In this document: positions 1-11,255 of the stretch, one piece after another
How positions within the stretch are numbered: position 1 is the stretch's first letter
Layout: each line of letters starts with the position of its first letter
Assembly: GCA_000146045.2 (NCBI GenBank)
Contig: BK006940.2
Coordinates: 96,001 to 160,000, forward strand
Source of the DNA: TPA_inf: Saccharomyces
Taxonomy: Eukaryota
Direction: 5' to 3'
DNA length: 64,000 bases
The notes under the pieces: generated by a model
The model's input: only the letters and a program-made list of their open reading frames with translations
Told to the model about the DNA's origin: nothing
The model's database searches: none
Made by a program: the position numbers and the translations under genes

Positions 1-1498
1 CCCTGTTCTGTTCATCGCATGTGCATATATATATATAGATATATATATACATTGTACACGGTGCACGGTAGTGAACATAACTATGAGCACGAACAGAGTC
101 CCGAACCTCGACCCGGACTTGAATTTAAACAAAGAAATCTGGGACCTGTACTCGAGCGCCCAGAAAATATTGCCCGATTCTAACCGTATTTTGAACCTTT
201 CTTGGCGTTTGCATAACCGCACGTCTTTCCATCGAATTAACCGCATAATGCAACATTCTAACTCTATTATGGACTTCTCCGCCTCGCCCTTTGCCAGCGG
301 CGTGAACGCCGCTGGCCCAGGCAACAACGACCTCGATGACACCGATACTGATAACCAGCAATTCTTCCTTTCAGACATGAACCTCAACGGATCTTCTGTT
401 TTTGAAAATGTGTTTGACGACGATGACGATGATGATGACGTGGAGACGCACTCCATTGTGCACTCAGACCTGCTCAACGACATGGACAGCGCTTCCCAGC
501 GTGCTTCACATAATGCTTCTGGTTTCCCTAATTTTCTGGACACTTCCTGCTCGTCCTCCTTCGATGACCACTTTATTTTCACCAATAACTTACCATTTTT
601 AAATAATAATAGCATTAATAATAATCATAGTCATAATAGTAGTCATAATAATAACAGTCCCAGCATCGCCAATAATACAAACGCAAACACAAACACAAAC
701 ACAAGTGCAAGTACAAACACCAATAGTCCTTTACTGAGAAGAAACCCCTCCCCATCTATAGTGAAGCCTGGCTCGCGAAGAAATTCCTCCGTGAGGAAGA
801 AGAAACCTGCTTTGAAGAAGATCAAGTCTTCCACTTCTGTGCAATCTTCGGCTACTCCGCCTTCGAACACCTCATCCAATCCGGATATAAAATGCTCCAA
901 CTGCACAACCTCCACCACTCCGCTGTGGAGGAAGGACCCCAAGGGTCTTCCCCTGTGCAATGCTTGCGGCCTCTTCCTCAAGCTCCACGGCGTCACAAGG
1001 CCTCTGTCGTTGAAGACTGACATCATTAAGAAGAGACAGAGGTCGTCTACCAAGATAAACAACAATATAACGCCCCCTCCATCGTCGTCTCTCAATCCGG
1101 GAGCAGCAGGGAAAAAGAAAAACTATACAGCAAGTGTGGCAGCGTCCAAGAGGAAGAACTCACTGAACATTGTCGCACCTTTGAAGTCTCAGGACATACC
1201 CATTCCGAAGATTGCCTCACCTTCCATCCCACAATACCTCCGCTCTAACACTCGCCACCACCTTTCGAGTTCCGTACCCATCGAGGCGGAAACGTTCTCC
1301 AGCTTTCGGCCTGATATGAATATGACTATGAACATGAACCTTCACAACGCCTCAACCTCCTCCTTCAACAATGAAGCCTTCTGGAAGCCTTTGGACTCCG
1401 CAATAGATCATCATTCTGGAGACACAAATCCAAACTCAAACATGAACACCACTCCAAATGGCAATCTGAGCCTGGATTGGTTGAATCTGAATTTATAG
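1..1498 (+). CDS. GAT1: GATA-family zinc-finger transcription activator of nitrogen catabolite repression genes. The window starts inside the annotated ORF; the first in-window ATG is at 83, and the annotated start lies about 35 nt upstream of the window.
   Basis: Single GATA zinc finger [37 protein letters not shown]. Poly-Asn, poly-Asp and Ser/Thr-rich low-complexity regions. The in-frame upstream codons read [33 protein letters not shown], matching my recollection of the annotated GAT1 N-terminus. Position immediately left of PAU5 and LPD1. Confidence 0.9.
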   Translation, partial: PVLFIACAYIYIDIYIHCTRCTVVNITMSTNRVPNLDPDLNLNKEIWDLYSSAQKILPDSNRILNLSWRLHNRTSFHRINRIMQHSNSIMDFSASPFASGVNAAGPGNNDLDDTDTDNQQFFLSDMNLNGSSVFENVFDDDDDDDDVETHSIVHSDLLNDMDSASQRASHNASGFPNFLDTSCSSSFDDHFIFTNNLPFLNNNSINNNHSHNSSHNNNSPSIANNTNANTNTNTSASTNTNSPLLRRNPSPSIVKPGSRRNSSVRKKKPALKKIKSSTSVQSSATPPSNTSSNPDIKCSNCTTSTTPLWRKDPKGLPLCNACGLFLKLHGVTRPLSLKTDIIKKRQRSSTKINNNITPPPSSSLNPGAAGKKKNYTASVAASKRKNSLNIVAPLKSQDIPIPKIASPSIPQYLRSNTRHHLSSSVPIEAETFSSFRPDMNMTMNMNLHNASTSSFNNEAFWKPLDSAIDHHSGDTNPNSNMNTTPNGNLSLDWLNLNL

Positions 1499-3230
1499 AT
1501 CCCCCAAAAAAAAAAAAGTACTCGCTTCTTTCCATGTCCGCTTCATATATATATACACATACTAATCAAACTCTATGTATACATAGAATAAAAAGAAGAA
1601 CACTATATTTATTTCATAAAAAAAAAAAAAAAATAACAAAAAAAGTGCAACATTTATCAAAAGCTCAGTGTGCGTTATGCTTCCATGTGACCCAACATCT
1701 ATTGCGGCGGTGACAGAATAGTTGAAAGGCGCAGGGCTCACACACAGGAATGGCCCTCCCAAATTTAAAAGAGAACTAAACCAGTTATCCTAGGCAATTA
1801 CTTTATTTGAGTCTTATATGACGTCACTAGAAGCTCAGTAAGAGCAACCGAGACCTGAACATCCTTTTTTTTTTGCTTCTTTATTTGGCAGCATTTTTCA
1901 AAAATAATAAAATGGAAGCCGCGAGTACGAACAATGATGTGTTCTGGGAATACCTCGTCAAAACAAGACAATGGCAAGGATTTTCTTTCATCAGGCAGAA
2001 AGATCTGGATCTGAATGGCATCATTTTGTGATGTGTAAAAGCGGGACCTTGTTATTTCGACTTTTTGCATCATGTTGATGCAATTTGCTACTTTTCCGAC
2101 GGTGCGCTCCAACGGATGGGTATTTCCTTAATAACAAGGCATTTCTCTGGAAGTTGGCTTACTGTTTGAAATCACAGCCGGTCACAAAATAAAGTAAAAA
2201 AACTATCTCTCTCCACAAGAAGTAATTACAGGTTGTATACTACATATGATCGTATTTCTTTATGAACACTAAGGAGTTTCCCGCTGTGTACCGCAATATC
2301 CACACAAAAGGAAGGAAGAAACTTCTGTGGCTTGACAGATAAATAACTGCAGTAGTCGGTGCGTACTAATTGTTTGGTCGTGTCTGAAAAATCTTGAATT
2401 TTCAGAAAAGAATAAGCCCCAAATGTCAGTGATGGTAGTAGCAGTACTCCCCTACGATTTTAGATACTTTAGAGAGCCCACCTTCAGAATCGGAAGGAGG
2501 ATAATTTTGTAAAGCCCTTCTGTTTTTTCTCTTGCATAACTTATATTTCCACATCAAAAAGTAGTGTGCTAAGAAAAAGGAGACGAGAAAAAGGATTACG
2601 GCACTCTCTGCATCTAGACATATACCAAAAGTTGGGTTTGCTCACGAAAATACCATAATTGTGGTGTCAAAAAAATCCTGCCTCATAATACCACTGCAGC
2701 AATTGTGGATGACTAAAAAATAACTTGCATTCCACGATGTTATTTTACTTTATAAAGCACCTGCAATTTTTTTTTTTGTATTAACTCATCGAGTATGTCT
2801 GATGTGTAAACTGAACCAGGCTTAATATCGTTTCTAATTCTTGTTGTGAGAAAACTTTCCTGCCTAGTGTATTTCGTCAGGGCGAACCTTCGGATAGGCA
2901 CCGAACTCCGAGATTCTTGCTCCAATTTAAGAAATAAGCTTTTTCCGTCCCAATACAATAGAACATTATTAAAGTTAATAATAAAAATGGCACGGCACCA
3001 GTTGGAAGTTAAATCCCAACATTTGCTGCAAGAATAGAAAAGAAGTCATAACAAATTTGCATATTACTTACGGCTTCAAAAAAGCACCGAAACTAATCGA
3101 GAAAGCTTATAATATCGGTATACATTTGAATGTATTTTAACTATTTCTATATCAAAAAAAAAAAAAAAAATTGTATATTTTTCGTTATTCTCTAATTCGT
3201 ATCACATTTTATCCCTAAGGGAATCTATCT

Positions 3231-3599
3231 CTAATTTGCAATAGTGTAGATACCGTCTGCGGATAGAGCGCTAGAGATAGCTGGCTTTAATCTGCTAGAG
3301 TACCATGGAACACCAGTGATAACTCTGGTAACTTGGTCGGCGGGAATACCAGTCAACATGGTGGTGAAATCACCGTAGTTGAAAACAGCTTCTGCAATTT
3401 CAACTGGATAAGTTTCAGTTGGGTGGGCAGCTTGGAAGGAGTAGTATTCAGCCAAATGAGCTCTGATATCGGAAACATAGACACCTAATTCAACCAAATT
3501 AACTCTTTCGTCAGATTGAGATAGTGTAGTGGTTGCTGCAGCGGAGGCACCAGCGGCAATGGCGGCGACACCAGCGGCGATTGAAGTTAATTTGACCAT
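3231..3599 (-). CDS. PAU5: Seripauperin (PAU family cell-wall mannoprotein), 122 aa.
   Basis: [53 protein letters not shown]... is the canonical PAU/seripauperin sequence, with a signal peptide and conserved core. Confidence 0.93.
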   Translation of the reverse strand: MVKLTSIAAGVAAIAAGASAAATTTLSQSDERVNLVELGVYVSDIRAHLAEYYSFQAAHPTETYPVEIAEAVFNYGDFTTMLTGIPADQVTRVITGVPWYSSRLKPAISSALSADGIYTIAN

Positions 3600-4580
3600 T
3601 GTATTTGTTGTTTTTTGGGTTGTTGCTTAGTGGAGATATAAGCTTAACTGGAAGGAAAAGAACAGAGAAATGTCTCAAACAAAGCTGATCAAACCGCTGT
3701 ATTTATATAAATTTTTTGAGCAATTACATCCCAAACAGGCTATTACTGGTCACTCATTTTGCACTCATATCTCACATATTCTAATTCCTGGCCACTTAGC
3801 CATTATTACTATGGGGGTGTATTTTCCTTGAACGATGCTGCACTTCGTATAAGAAACACGCTTCATATTCCCCATATCTTCGTATGTTTAGAGCGCAAGA
3901 ATGTTCCTTACAGTAAAGGTGCCTTTCGACCTGCAGACACAATGTTAGCCAAGTAATAGAAGCAAAGCCAATATTGTCTTGGCCTCGTTCAATTGCCTAA
4001 CCCTTGGCACTAAACGGTTGCTAGGAGAAAAAACACGGACCTTTTCCCAAATTAGAAACACTAAAAAATGTTAATATGGTACTAGTCGTCGTACCCTGCT
4101 GAAATCATAAAAACCTTACGCCATCTGTGGGACTCGTCATAGGGTTTAGTGTATATTGAATGTTGGAAAATCTCTCGTTCTGATATGCCCAACAAACCAA
4201 CAATGTACAATGTGAGGTTTCTACAAATCAACAACTATGGTTTCCCCTAATTCACTTGGATTGATTGGTTCTAGTGAAAACTTTACCTGTTACAAAGTTT
4301 TGAATCATTTTAATTAGATATCGTGTACCGAACAGTATCTGATTCGTATAAAAAAAGGAATATTGAAGGTCAGTTATCCTAGTGACAGGTGAAAAAAAAT
4401 TGATATGTATGCCCTTTGTATTATCTTTGGGGTGGAAAGAAGTGAAAACAGAAGCAAATTGGTTTTGCAGTAAGTTTAGTCTTTTGACCTGTAACTGGTT
4501 AATTTCGAAATGACTGGTGGAGCCTGACTCGAATATAGAGCAAAGGGAGTCTTTAGTAGTATATCTTCTTACTTCGATGA

Positions 4581-4905
4581 TATTTGAATAAAGTTCAACT
4601 ATCATCTACCGATTAGTATTCATATTACTACTATATTATAATATGGGTGTGAGAATATGGCGTAACGTTTGAGAGATAGTCTCAGGTGTAGTGGAAGCTG
4701 AAATTCAGGGGAATGATGTTGTAATGGAATAATTAATGACAGGATATGAGATGGAAGGAAATTTAATTATATTATTACATAGAAATATCGATTTCCTTTT
4801 GTGAATTTCTATATCCTCGAGGAAACTTTCTGGTATACTTTGTATACTAAATTTTATAGCCTTTGACAACAACGAAATCCCAAAAAGTATTTCATAATTC
4901 ATGTA
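4581..4905 (+). mobile_element. Diverged solo delta (Ty1/Ty2-type LTR), about 325 bp, roughly 470 bp upstream of tP(UGG).
   Basis: It aligns by eye to the Ty2 LTR at 41913: ...gaataaagttcaactatcatctaccgattagtattcatattac... versus tgttggaataaaaatcaactatcatctactaactagtatttacgttac. The internal gtagtggaagctgaaattcagg and tatatcctcgaggaaactttctggtatac blocks, and the 3' end ...caacaacgaaatcccaaaaagtat..., also match delta. The dubious small ORFs at 4252..4605 (the 117-aa minus-strand ORF, probably SGD's dubious YFL019C) and 4705..4902 overlap it. Confidence 0.6.
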
Positions 4906-5375
4906 CTTACGAGAAGAAAAATCATTGCCCTGCTAGTGCTTCAAAAAATATAATTGGGAGCAACTAAAATCTCCTTGCAATGAGTTACAAGGAACAGATT
5001 CTTACCGGTAGTCCTGGTGAGCAAAAGACTTAACCATGTGGCAGCCGTTGTCTAATATCCACTAGCTATACACTTACATGGAATATTGGTTGCTGAAATA
5101 ATTAGACTTAATGGTAGCAAACGTAGTGGTCATCCATATGAATATATGAGCAAGAAATAAACGTGAACATGTAAAATAGTAATACAGACACCATAATGTA
5201 CAGGTTAATCCTGATATGTTTCTCGAATGAAATCGGGAAGACTAATAGGAGGCTCAATTCTATATTCACTCACGTTATGCGCCTGAATTTGAATGGATAT
5301 TGTTGATAGAAGATTCCCTTTAATCACTCTCCTATATAAATATTTCTGTTTTTCTTATTAACGCAACAATAATTC

Positions 5376-5478
5376 GGGCGTGTGGTCTAGTGGTATGATT
5401 CTCGCTTTGGGCGACTTCCTGAATAAACAGGAAGACAAAGCATGCGAGAGGCCCTGGGTTCAATTCCCAGCTCGCCCC
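5376..5478 (+). tRNA. tP(UGG)F: tRNA-Pro (anticodon UGG) with a 31-nt intron, followed by a T7 RNA polymerase III terminator.
   Basis: gggcgtgtggtctagtggtatgattctcgctttggg[cgacttcctgaataaacaggaagacaaagca]tgcgagaggccctgggttcaattcccagctcgcccc. Removing the bracketed segment gives a 72-nt cloverleaf with A-box tggtctagtgg and B-box gggttcaattccc. The run ttttttt follows at 5481-5487. Confidence 0.9.
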
Positions 5479-5627
5479 CTTTTTTTTGCATATCTGGTCA
5501 TAATATCTTATCTGATCGACTAGTAGTTTCCTCATATATTAATTCCTTGTGCAATTTTTTTTTACTTACTCAATACTAAGCGGTTCTTCATAAATATATA
5601 TACTATACTGTTTATTATTTCCTGTTT

Positions 5628-7127
5628 TCAACAATGAATAGCTTTATCATAGGCAGCCATGTTAGCTTCCTTAAATGCTTCGGACAAAGTAGGATGAGCA
5701 TGGCAGACCCTAGCAACATCTTCTGCGGAAGCGCCATATTCTAAGGCTAAGCCAGCTTCAGCAATCATTTCACCGGCATTTGGACCGATAATGTGAGCCC
5801 CCAAAATACGCTCGGTCTTGGAATCGATCAAAATCTTCACGAAACCTTCAGTGTCTTGGTTGGTCTTGGCTCTTGAATTGGCCGCAAAGGGGAACTTACC
5901 AATTTTATAGTCAATGCCGGCTTCTTTCAATTGCTCTTCGGTTTTACCAACCCATGCTACTTCTGGGTGAGAATACATGACCGAAGGAATGTTGTTATAG
6001 TTGACATGACCGTGACCAGTTTTCAACATTTCGACAGCTGCAATACCTTCCTCTTCGGCTTTGTGAGCCAGCATTGGACCAAATGTAACATCTCCTACCA
6101 CTTTAATGTGTGGGAACTTGGAATTAAATTGGTCATCAATGACTAGGCGTCCCCTTTTGTCTACTTCTAATCCAATCTTTTCAGCCCCTAAGCCAGCAAT
6201 GTAAGGTCTTCTACCAACAGCAACCAGCAAAACTTCAGCTTCCAAATTTTCTTGCTTATTCGTTTTAGTATCTTCTACAACAATTTCGACGACGTTCTTG
6301 TCGTCGTTTCTCTTTGCAGAAATAACTTTGGTGCTTAATTTGAAGTCCAAACCTTGCTTTTTCAAGAACTTTTGGGTGGCTTTGGCAACCTCGCCGTCCA
6401 TAGATGCACCAATTTGAGGTTGAAATTCTACTACAGTAACCTTGGAGCCTAATCTAGAGTAAACTGAACCCATTTCCAATCCGATGATTCCTCCACCAAT
6501 GATGGTTAATCTTTTGGGAATTTCCTTTAACGAAAGAGCACCTGTTGAAGAGACAATTTTTTCCTCATCTATTTCAATACCGGGGAAGGGTGTAACTTCA
6601 GAGCCCGTGGCGACTATGATGTTCTTAACATCTAGTATGTGGTCTTCCTTGACAGTGCCTTCCAACCCATCAACGGGAGTTACTCTGATCTTCGTTTCGT
6701 CTTCGAATGAACCATTACCTTTATAATAGGTGACCTTATTTTTCTTGAACAGAAGCTCAATACCTCCAGTTAATTGCTTAACAGCGTCATCCTTAGCCTT
6801 TTGGAAGTTTGCTACGTTAATTTTGATATCACCGTTGACGTCAATACCTCTCTTTTGCGCTTCCGTATGCATTTGGTGGAATAAATGAGAATTATTTAGA
6901 AGTGCTTTGGAGGGGATACATCCAACGTTAAGACAGGTACCGCCTAATTTGCCTCTTTTTTCTACACATGCAGTGTTAAATCCCAATTGAGCAGCTTTGA
7001 TAGCAGCCACGTAACCAGCAGGGCCACCACCGATGATGACTACATCATGTGACTTGTTAATGGTCAATGTCCTGACTGTGGACGAAAAGGCACGCTTATT
7101 ATTTAGGAGTGATCTGATTCTTAACAT
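5628..7127 (-). CDS. LPD1: Dihydrolipoamide dehydrogenase, the E3 component of the pyruvate dehydrogenase, 2-oxoglutarate dehydrogenase and glycine cleavage complexes. It carries a mitochondrial presequence. 499 aa.
   Basis: FAD-binding GGGPAGY motif, redox-active disulfide motif [12 protein letters not shown], and NAD-binding GGGIIGLE motif. The N-terminus [21 protein letters not shown] is a matrix-targeting sequence. Confidence 0.97.
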
Positions 7128-7234
7128 TGTGAACTGTTAGTATGTTCTTTGATGGTACGACAGAGACAATCGAACAAAACCGTATATATATAAATATACG
7201 TTATATGTATATATATATCTATATATATTCGAGG

Positions 7235-7241
7235 TGAGTCA
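7235..7241. promoter_or_regulatory. A perfect Gcn4/AP-1-type element, TGAGTCA, 108 bp upstream of the LPD1 ATG. A CCAAT box lies at 7324-7328.
   Basis: gaggTGAGTCAaagg read directly. LPD1 is known to respond to general amino-acid control and to HAP2/3/4; I assign these particular sites by inference. Confidence 0.45.
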
Positions 7242-7698
7242 AAGGGTACGAATTATCATCAAATTGTTTATTAGCATTATAATACACTAAGTTTCCATTA
7301 AGTTGCTCCGCGGAGACTTCTCGCCAATGAGGGAACAGCCGTTCGAGATGATAAAGTATTCTAAAAACGAGTCATCATTAAAAACGATTCACGTGATATT
7401 CACGTGCATAAACCATTAGTAAGTATATATTTTTAGTGGGATATATGAGGGTACATTGCATCATGACTATTCGTGGTAGTCACGCATACGTTTGTCAGTG
7501 GCATTGTTCGAGTATTCCTCTGTTCTTCATTTCCCTTTTTTCCTATAGCCTCGCCTACGCTCTTTCACGTTTGTGCTGATAGAAACAATGTGGTAAGAAA
7601 AATTAAATCTCTAAAGGTGCAATGAATGTATAAGAAAGTACAACGCATATAGAGTATCCGGCATAGGACAGGATTACGCAAACACACGCACAGATACA

Positions 7699-7932
7699 AT
7701 GGTTTCTACCCCTGAACTGAAGAAATATATGGACAAGAAGATATTGCTGAATATAAATGGATCTAGGAAAGTGGCAGGAATTTTGCGAGGCTACGATATT
7801 TTCTTAAACGTCGTTCTTGATGATGCAATGGAGATAAATGGTGAAGACCCTGCCAATAACCACCAGCTAGGCTTGCAGACCGTCATTAGGGGCAACTCCA
7901 TAATATCCCTAGAGGCTCTAGATGCCATATAA
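7699..7932 (+). CDS. SMX2: Sm-G core snRNP protein, 77 aa.
   Basis: Sm fold, with the Sm1 and Sm2 motifs LLNINGSRKVAGILRGYDIFLNVVLDDA and IRGNSIISLE. Confidence 0.9.
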   Translation: MVSTPELKKYMDKKILLNINGSRKVAGILRGYDIFLNVVLDDAMEINGEDPANNHQLGLQTVIRGNSIISLEALDAI

Positions 7933-7982
7933 AATTATATATATATATATATATGTCGACCTCTATGTACTATACAGCAATA

Positions 7983-8462
7983 CTATTTTCTAATTTGCAT
8001 TTCCACGCCTGCGTTGCTAAACCCACATTTTTCATAGAATTTGACATTTTTCTCATCGCAATCTAAAATAATCTTATAACAACCGTAGTCAAAGCCGATA
8101 GTTACCAATTGATCAATCAAGAGCTTGCCCAAACCTTGGCCCTGATACTTGGAGTTTACTGCAATGTCCTCGATGTGGCCACATAGCCCCAGTTCATGAA
8201 TGATCTTTCTTTCGATGATGATATTCCCCGTAGCGGCAACCGTCTCGGTGCGCTTGTCCACAATCACCATGGGGTTATATTGCATTATTTTTTTATCTTC
8301 GTTATCATTCCATACTGTGGCTTCATTCCAGTATTTTATGAGTTTGCTGAAGGATTCGGGGGTAATAGTGCCCACGGTGGTCAAAACCTTTAGCGTCTCA
8401 GTGACCTGTTCCAAATCCCCCTCTTCCATTCGCCTTATATAAAATCCATCGGGTAAGCTCAT
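7983..8462 (-). CDS. GNA1: Glucosamine-6-phosphate N-acetyltransferase (GNAT family), 159 aa.
   Basis: GNAT motif A at VNSKYQGQGLGKLLIDQL, and overall identity with GNA1. Confidence 0.92.
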   Translation of the reverse strand: MSLPDGFYIRRMEEGDLEQVTETLKVLTTVGTITPESFSKLIKYWNEATVWNDNEDKKIMQYNPMVIVDKRTETVAATGNIIIERKIIHELGLCGHIEDIAVNSKYQGQGLGKLLIDQLVTIGFDYGCYKIILDCDEKNVKFYEKCGFSNAGVEMQIRK

Positions 8463-8700
8463 TATTTTATGTTGATATCCAGCTTCCGTTCGTCAACTAT
8501 TCTCTCGAGCTCAGTTTTGGGTTTTGGCATGTAAACAATGCCTTCGCTTGTATTACGCAAAAAAAAAAAAAATAAATAAAAAAAAAAAAAAAAAAATAAG
8601 GTATAAATCGTTGGTTCTTTTATGCACAATTATTTAACTATAGTTATCTATTTACGTAAAGGCTTCTATTTTTCCTTATCTACAAGAAATTGCATGAAGT

Positions 8701-10236
8701 TTAATTTTTTTTGTCACCTTTGATCTTCCTGAATGTGTTGGTAATGAAATTTTCTAGTCTCTTCAAAGTGTTGTCGTCATCCTTTTTTGCGTGTTTTTCC
8801 TCTTCTTGTTTTTGTTTCTTCAGTATCTCTTCATTAATGGCTGTACCCGCGGCTGTGCCCGGTTGCATGGTTTTCTTGGCCATGTCATCGTTGGTGACAT
8901 CTGCCAGTGCCTCCCACAAGCATTTTTCTGCCAGCGATTGCGGTTTCTTAACAACGATCTTGTACTGGACTTTCATATCACCGCGAATGGTTGATGTTTT
9001 AGGAACACCCATGTTAGGAATGGATATCACTTGATTGTATTGAGTCCCTGGAGCGACCTTTATCCTGATCTTTTGTCCCTCCACAGTGGGGATAGTGACA
9101 GTACCACCAAGTGCAGCTGTGGTTATAGGAATCTCCTTGTCGTACCAAATATCGTACTTGTTCTTTATCGAAAAGTTGGGATCCTTGTCGACACGAATTC
9201 TCACCAAAATATCACCTCTTGATAACTTGACTGAATCTTTCAAGTCCGCCTCTACAGCGATGTCAGGGTATGAGCCTTGGCCAGGGATCCTGACCACGTC
9301 GCCGTCCTGTAATCCATGTGGCAAGTCCACCGTAATTGTCTTTGCCCTGTTGACCTGAACACCCTCACCATGGCACTTGGTACAATTGTCCTGAGGCCGT
9401 TTCATGGTACCTTCACCGTTGCAAGTAGGACAAGTCGACATCATCTGAAATCCGCCCCTAATGTGAACAGTGGTTCCTGTTCCGTGACAAGTGCTACAAC
9501 TGACCTTATGCGTGTTTGGTTTCATTCCCGTCCCTGAACAGGTACTACAAGGGTCCAGCGCAGAGAATCTTAACTGAACGTTCTTGGACCCAAACACTGC
9601 GTCCTTGAAAGACACTTTATGGACAATCTCGATTGGGTCGCCCCTATATTGTCTGAACATAGATGACGACCTGCTTGCGCCACCGCTACCGCGGCCACCA
9701 CCACCAAATGCAGCACCAAACAGGTCTTCAAAATTGATACCGCCAAATGGCGAGCCGCCTGCACTGGTGAATCCTGAGAAATCATGAAATTGGGAACCAA
9801 AGGGAGAGCCACTACCACCACCGGCACCTCCAGCGGCACCGCCGCCGCCGAAGGCAGCGGGCCCAAATTGATCGTACTGCTGCCTCTTCGTTTCGTCTGA
9901 CAGAATTTCATAAGCGTTCTGTAAATCGTGGAATTTCTTCTCAGCATCCGGTTCCTTGTTGATATCCGGGTGGTACTTCTTTGCCAGTTTGTAGTATGCT
10001 TTTTTGATTTCCGCACCTGTAGCAGATTTCTTCAAGCCTAAAGTATCGTACGGGTCCTTGAATGCTTCGTTGTTTCTGATTGCAGAAGTATGGAAGCTAG
10101 ATTTTGGTATTCGTGGAGCGATGGATGCAAACGCGATGGCATGTCTATAAAGAATATTATTGATATGGCGAGAATGTCCCACATGGTGTCTAAAGACACC
10201 GGAACACCTTGACAATACACCTTGTTGGAAAGCCAT
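8701..10236 (-). CDS. MDJ1: Mitochondrial type I DnaJ/Hsp40 co-chaperone, 511 aa.
   Basis: J-domain with the HPD motif (KKYHPD). A Gly/Phe-rich linker. Four CxxCxGxG zinc-finger repeats: [24 protein letters not shown] and CTKCHGEG. Confidence 0.95.
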   Translation of the reverse strand: MAFQQGVLSRCSGVFRHHVGHSRHINNILYRHAIAFASIAPRIPKSSFHTSAIRNNEAFKDPYDTLGLKKSATGAEIKKAYYKLAKKYHPDINKEPDAEKKFHDLQNAYEILSDETKRQQYDQFGPAAFGGGGAAGGAGGGSGSPFGSQFHDFSGFTSAGGSPFGGINFEDLFGAAFGGGGRGSGGASRSSSMFRQYRGDPIEIVHKVSFKDAVFGSKNVQLRFSALDPCSTCSGTGMKPNTHKVSCSTCHGTGTTVHIRGGFQMMSTCPTCNGEGTMKRPQDNCTKCHGEGVQVNRAKTITVDLPHGLQDGDVVRIPGQGSYPDIAVEADLKDSVKLSRGDILVRIRVDKDPNFSIKNKYDIWYDKEIPITTAALGGTVTIPTVEGQKIRIKVAPGTQYNQVISIPNMGVPKTSTIRGDMKVQYKIVVKKPQSLAEKCLWEALADVTNDDMAKKTMQPGTAAGTAINEEILKKQKQEEEKHAKKDDDNTLKRLENFITNTFRKIKGDKKN

Positions 10237-10576
10237 TGTTATGTTATGTTTAGAGTATGATATAGGACTTCTCTCTCTTTTTTTTTTTTTGTCCAGGTGG
10301 AGTGCGATTTGTTCGTTATATGCCTCATTCCTTAATTTTTATCAGTCAGAACGTTATTTCGCGCTGCAAGTTCCTTACTTTTCCATAGAGTTCCACAGGA
10401 TGTAAAGAAAAATAATGATAAAAAAAAGCAGAACATATTACCCTTCTTTTGGAGCGTACTTCCATCTGTTACCCGCTCATCCAAATGCACATTCTGTTAC
10501 CCTCTTGTTCGGTATTTTTCGGAGTTCTCCTTTTCTCCTTCTTTTCCTCTTGATACACAGAAAAGTGGGAGAAGGT

Positions 10577-11070
10577 AGGGGGAGTCAGAGAATGAAGAAA
10601 AAAAGGGGACGCGCAAATCCAAGTGAAAATCTCCGGGAGCGGGCGGATCCCACTAACGGCCCAGCCGAAAATGGAAAAAAAGGGTCGGTGATGTGTGGGT
10701 GCCAGCTGGCGGTAGCAATGACGACGTGTTGACGGGCCCTTGGCTCTTGGGACAAGGACTAGAAGCCAAAAGCCAGAGGCGGTAAAAATAGCAAGACTAG
10801 AATATTGCTGGCATCTGTTAAGGGGATATGTTGCAACTTGCAGGGGGCGGCACAAAATAACATAGAAACGTAGTAAAGAGGGGAAAAGGAAAAGGAAAAG
10901 GAAAAGGAAGGAAAAAAACCCATTGACGTAGAAATTGAAAGAAGGAAAGGTATACGCAAGCATTAATACAACCCACAAACACAGACCAGAAGCACTCTAG
11001 ACGGAGAGTAACTAGATCTACAGCCCCTGGAAAATCGTTTGGTCAACTTTGAGGTTCCGGTCGTCCCCCT
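10577..11070. promoter_or_regulatory. Cluster of six STRE elements (AGGGG/CCCCT, the Msn2/4 stress-response site), plus the TATA box TATAAATA at 11111-11118, upstream of HSP12.
   Basis: AGGGG at 10577, 10821, 10852 and 10879. CCCCT at 11024 and 11066. A (GGAAAA)n microsatellite lies at 10880-10905. HSP12 is the classic STRE-driven gene. Confidence 0.7.
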
Positions 11071-11255
11071 CTTGATCTGAAAGGTCTTTCTCTAAATCTA
11101 TATTAAAACGTATAAATAGGACGGTGAATTGCGTTCTACTTCCTCAATTGCGTTTGATCTTATTTAATCTCTCTCTAATATATAGAAAAAAAAACCATCT
11201 GATTATTCGATAATCTCAAACAAACAACTCAAAACAAAAAAAACTAAATACAACA

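Noticed and set aside
125-1095. Small ORFs overlapping GAT1 (125..361 on the minus strand, 402..602 on the plus strand, 643..1095 on the minus strand).
   Set aside because: They lie inside or antisense to a well-supported coding region, have low-complexity translations, and have no motifs.
1798-2112. A 104-aa minus-strand ORF in the GAT1-PAU5 intergenic region.
   Set aside because: No recognisable domain and a hydrophilic, odd composition. It may correspond to a dubious SGD ORF, but I cannot support it as a gene from the sequence.
8196-10016. Multiple 60-150-aa ORFs antisense to GNA1 and MDJ1 (e.g. 9570..10016 minus-strand frame, 8711..9034 plus-strand frame).
   Set aside because: They are antisense or alternate-frame ORFs within genes that have strong domain evidence, so they are probably spurious.
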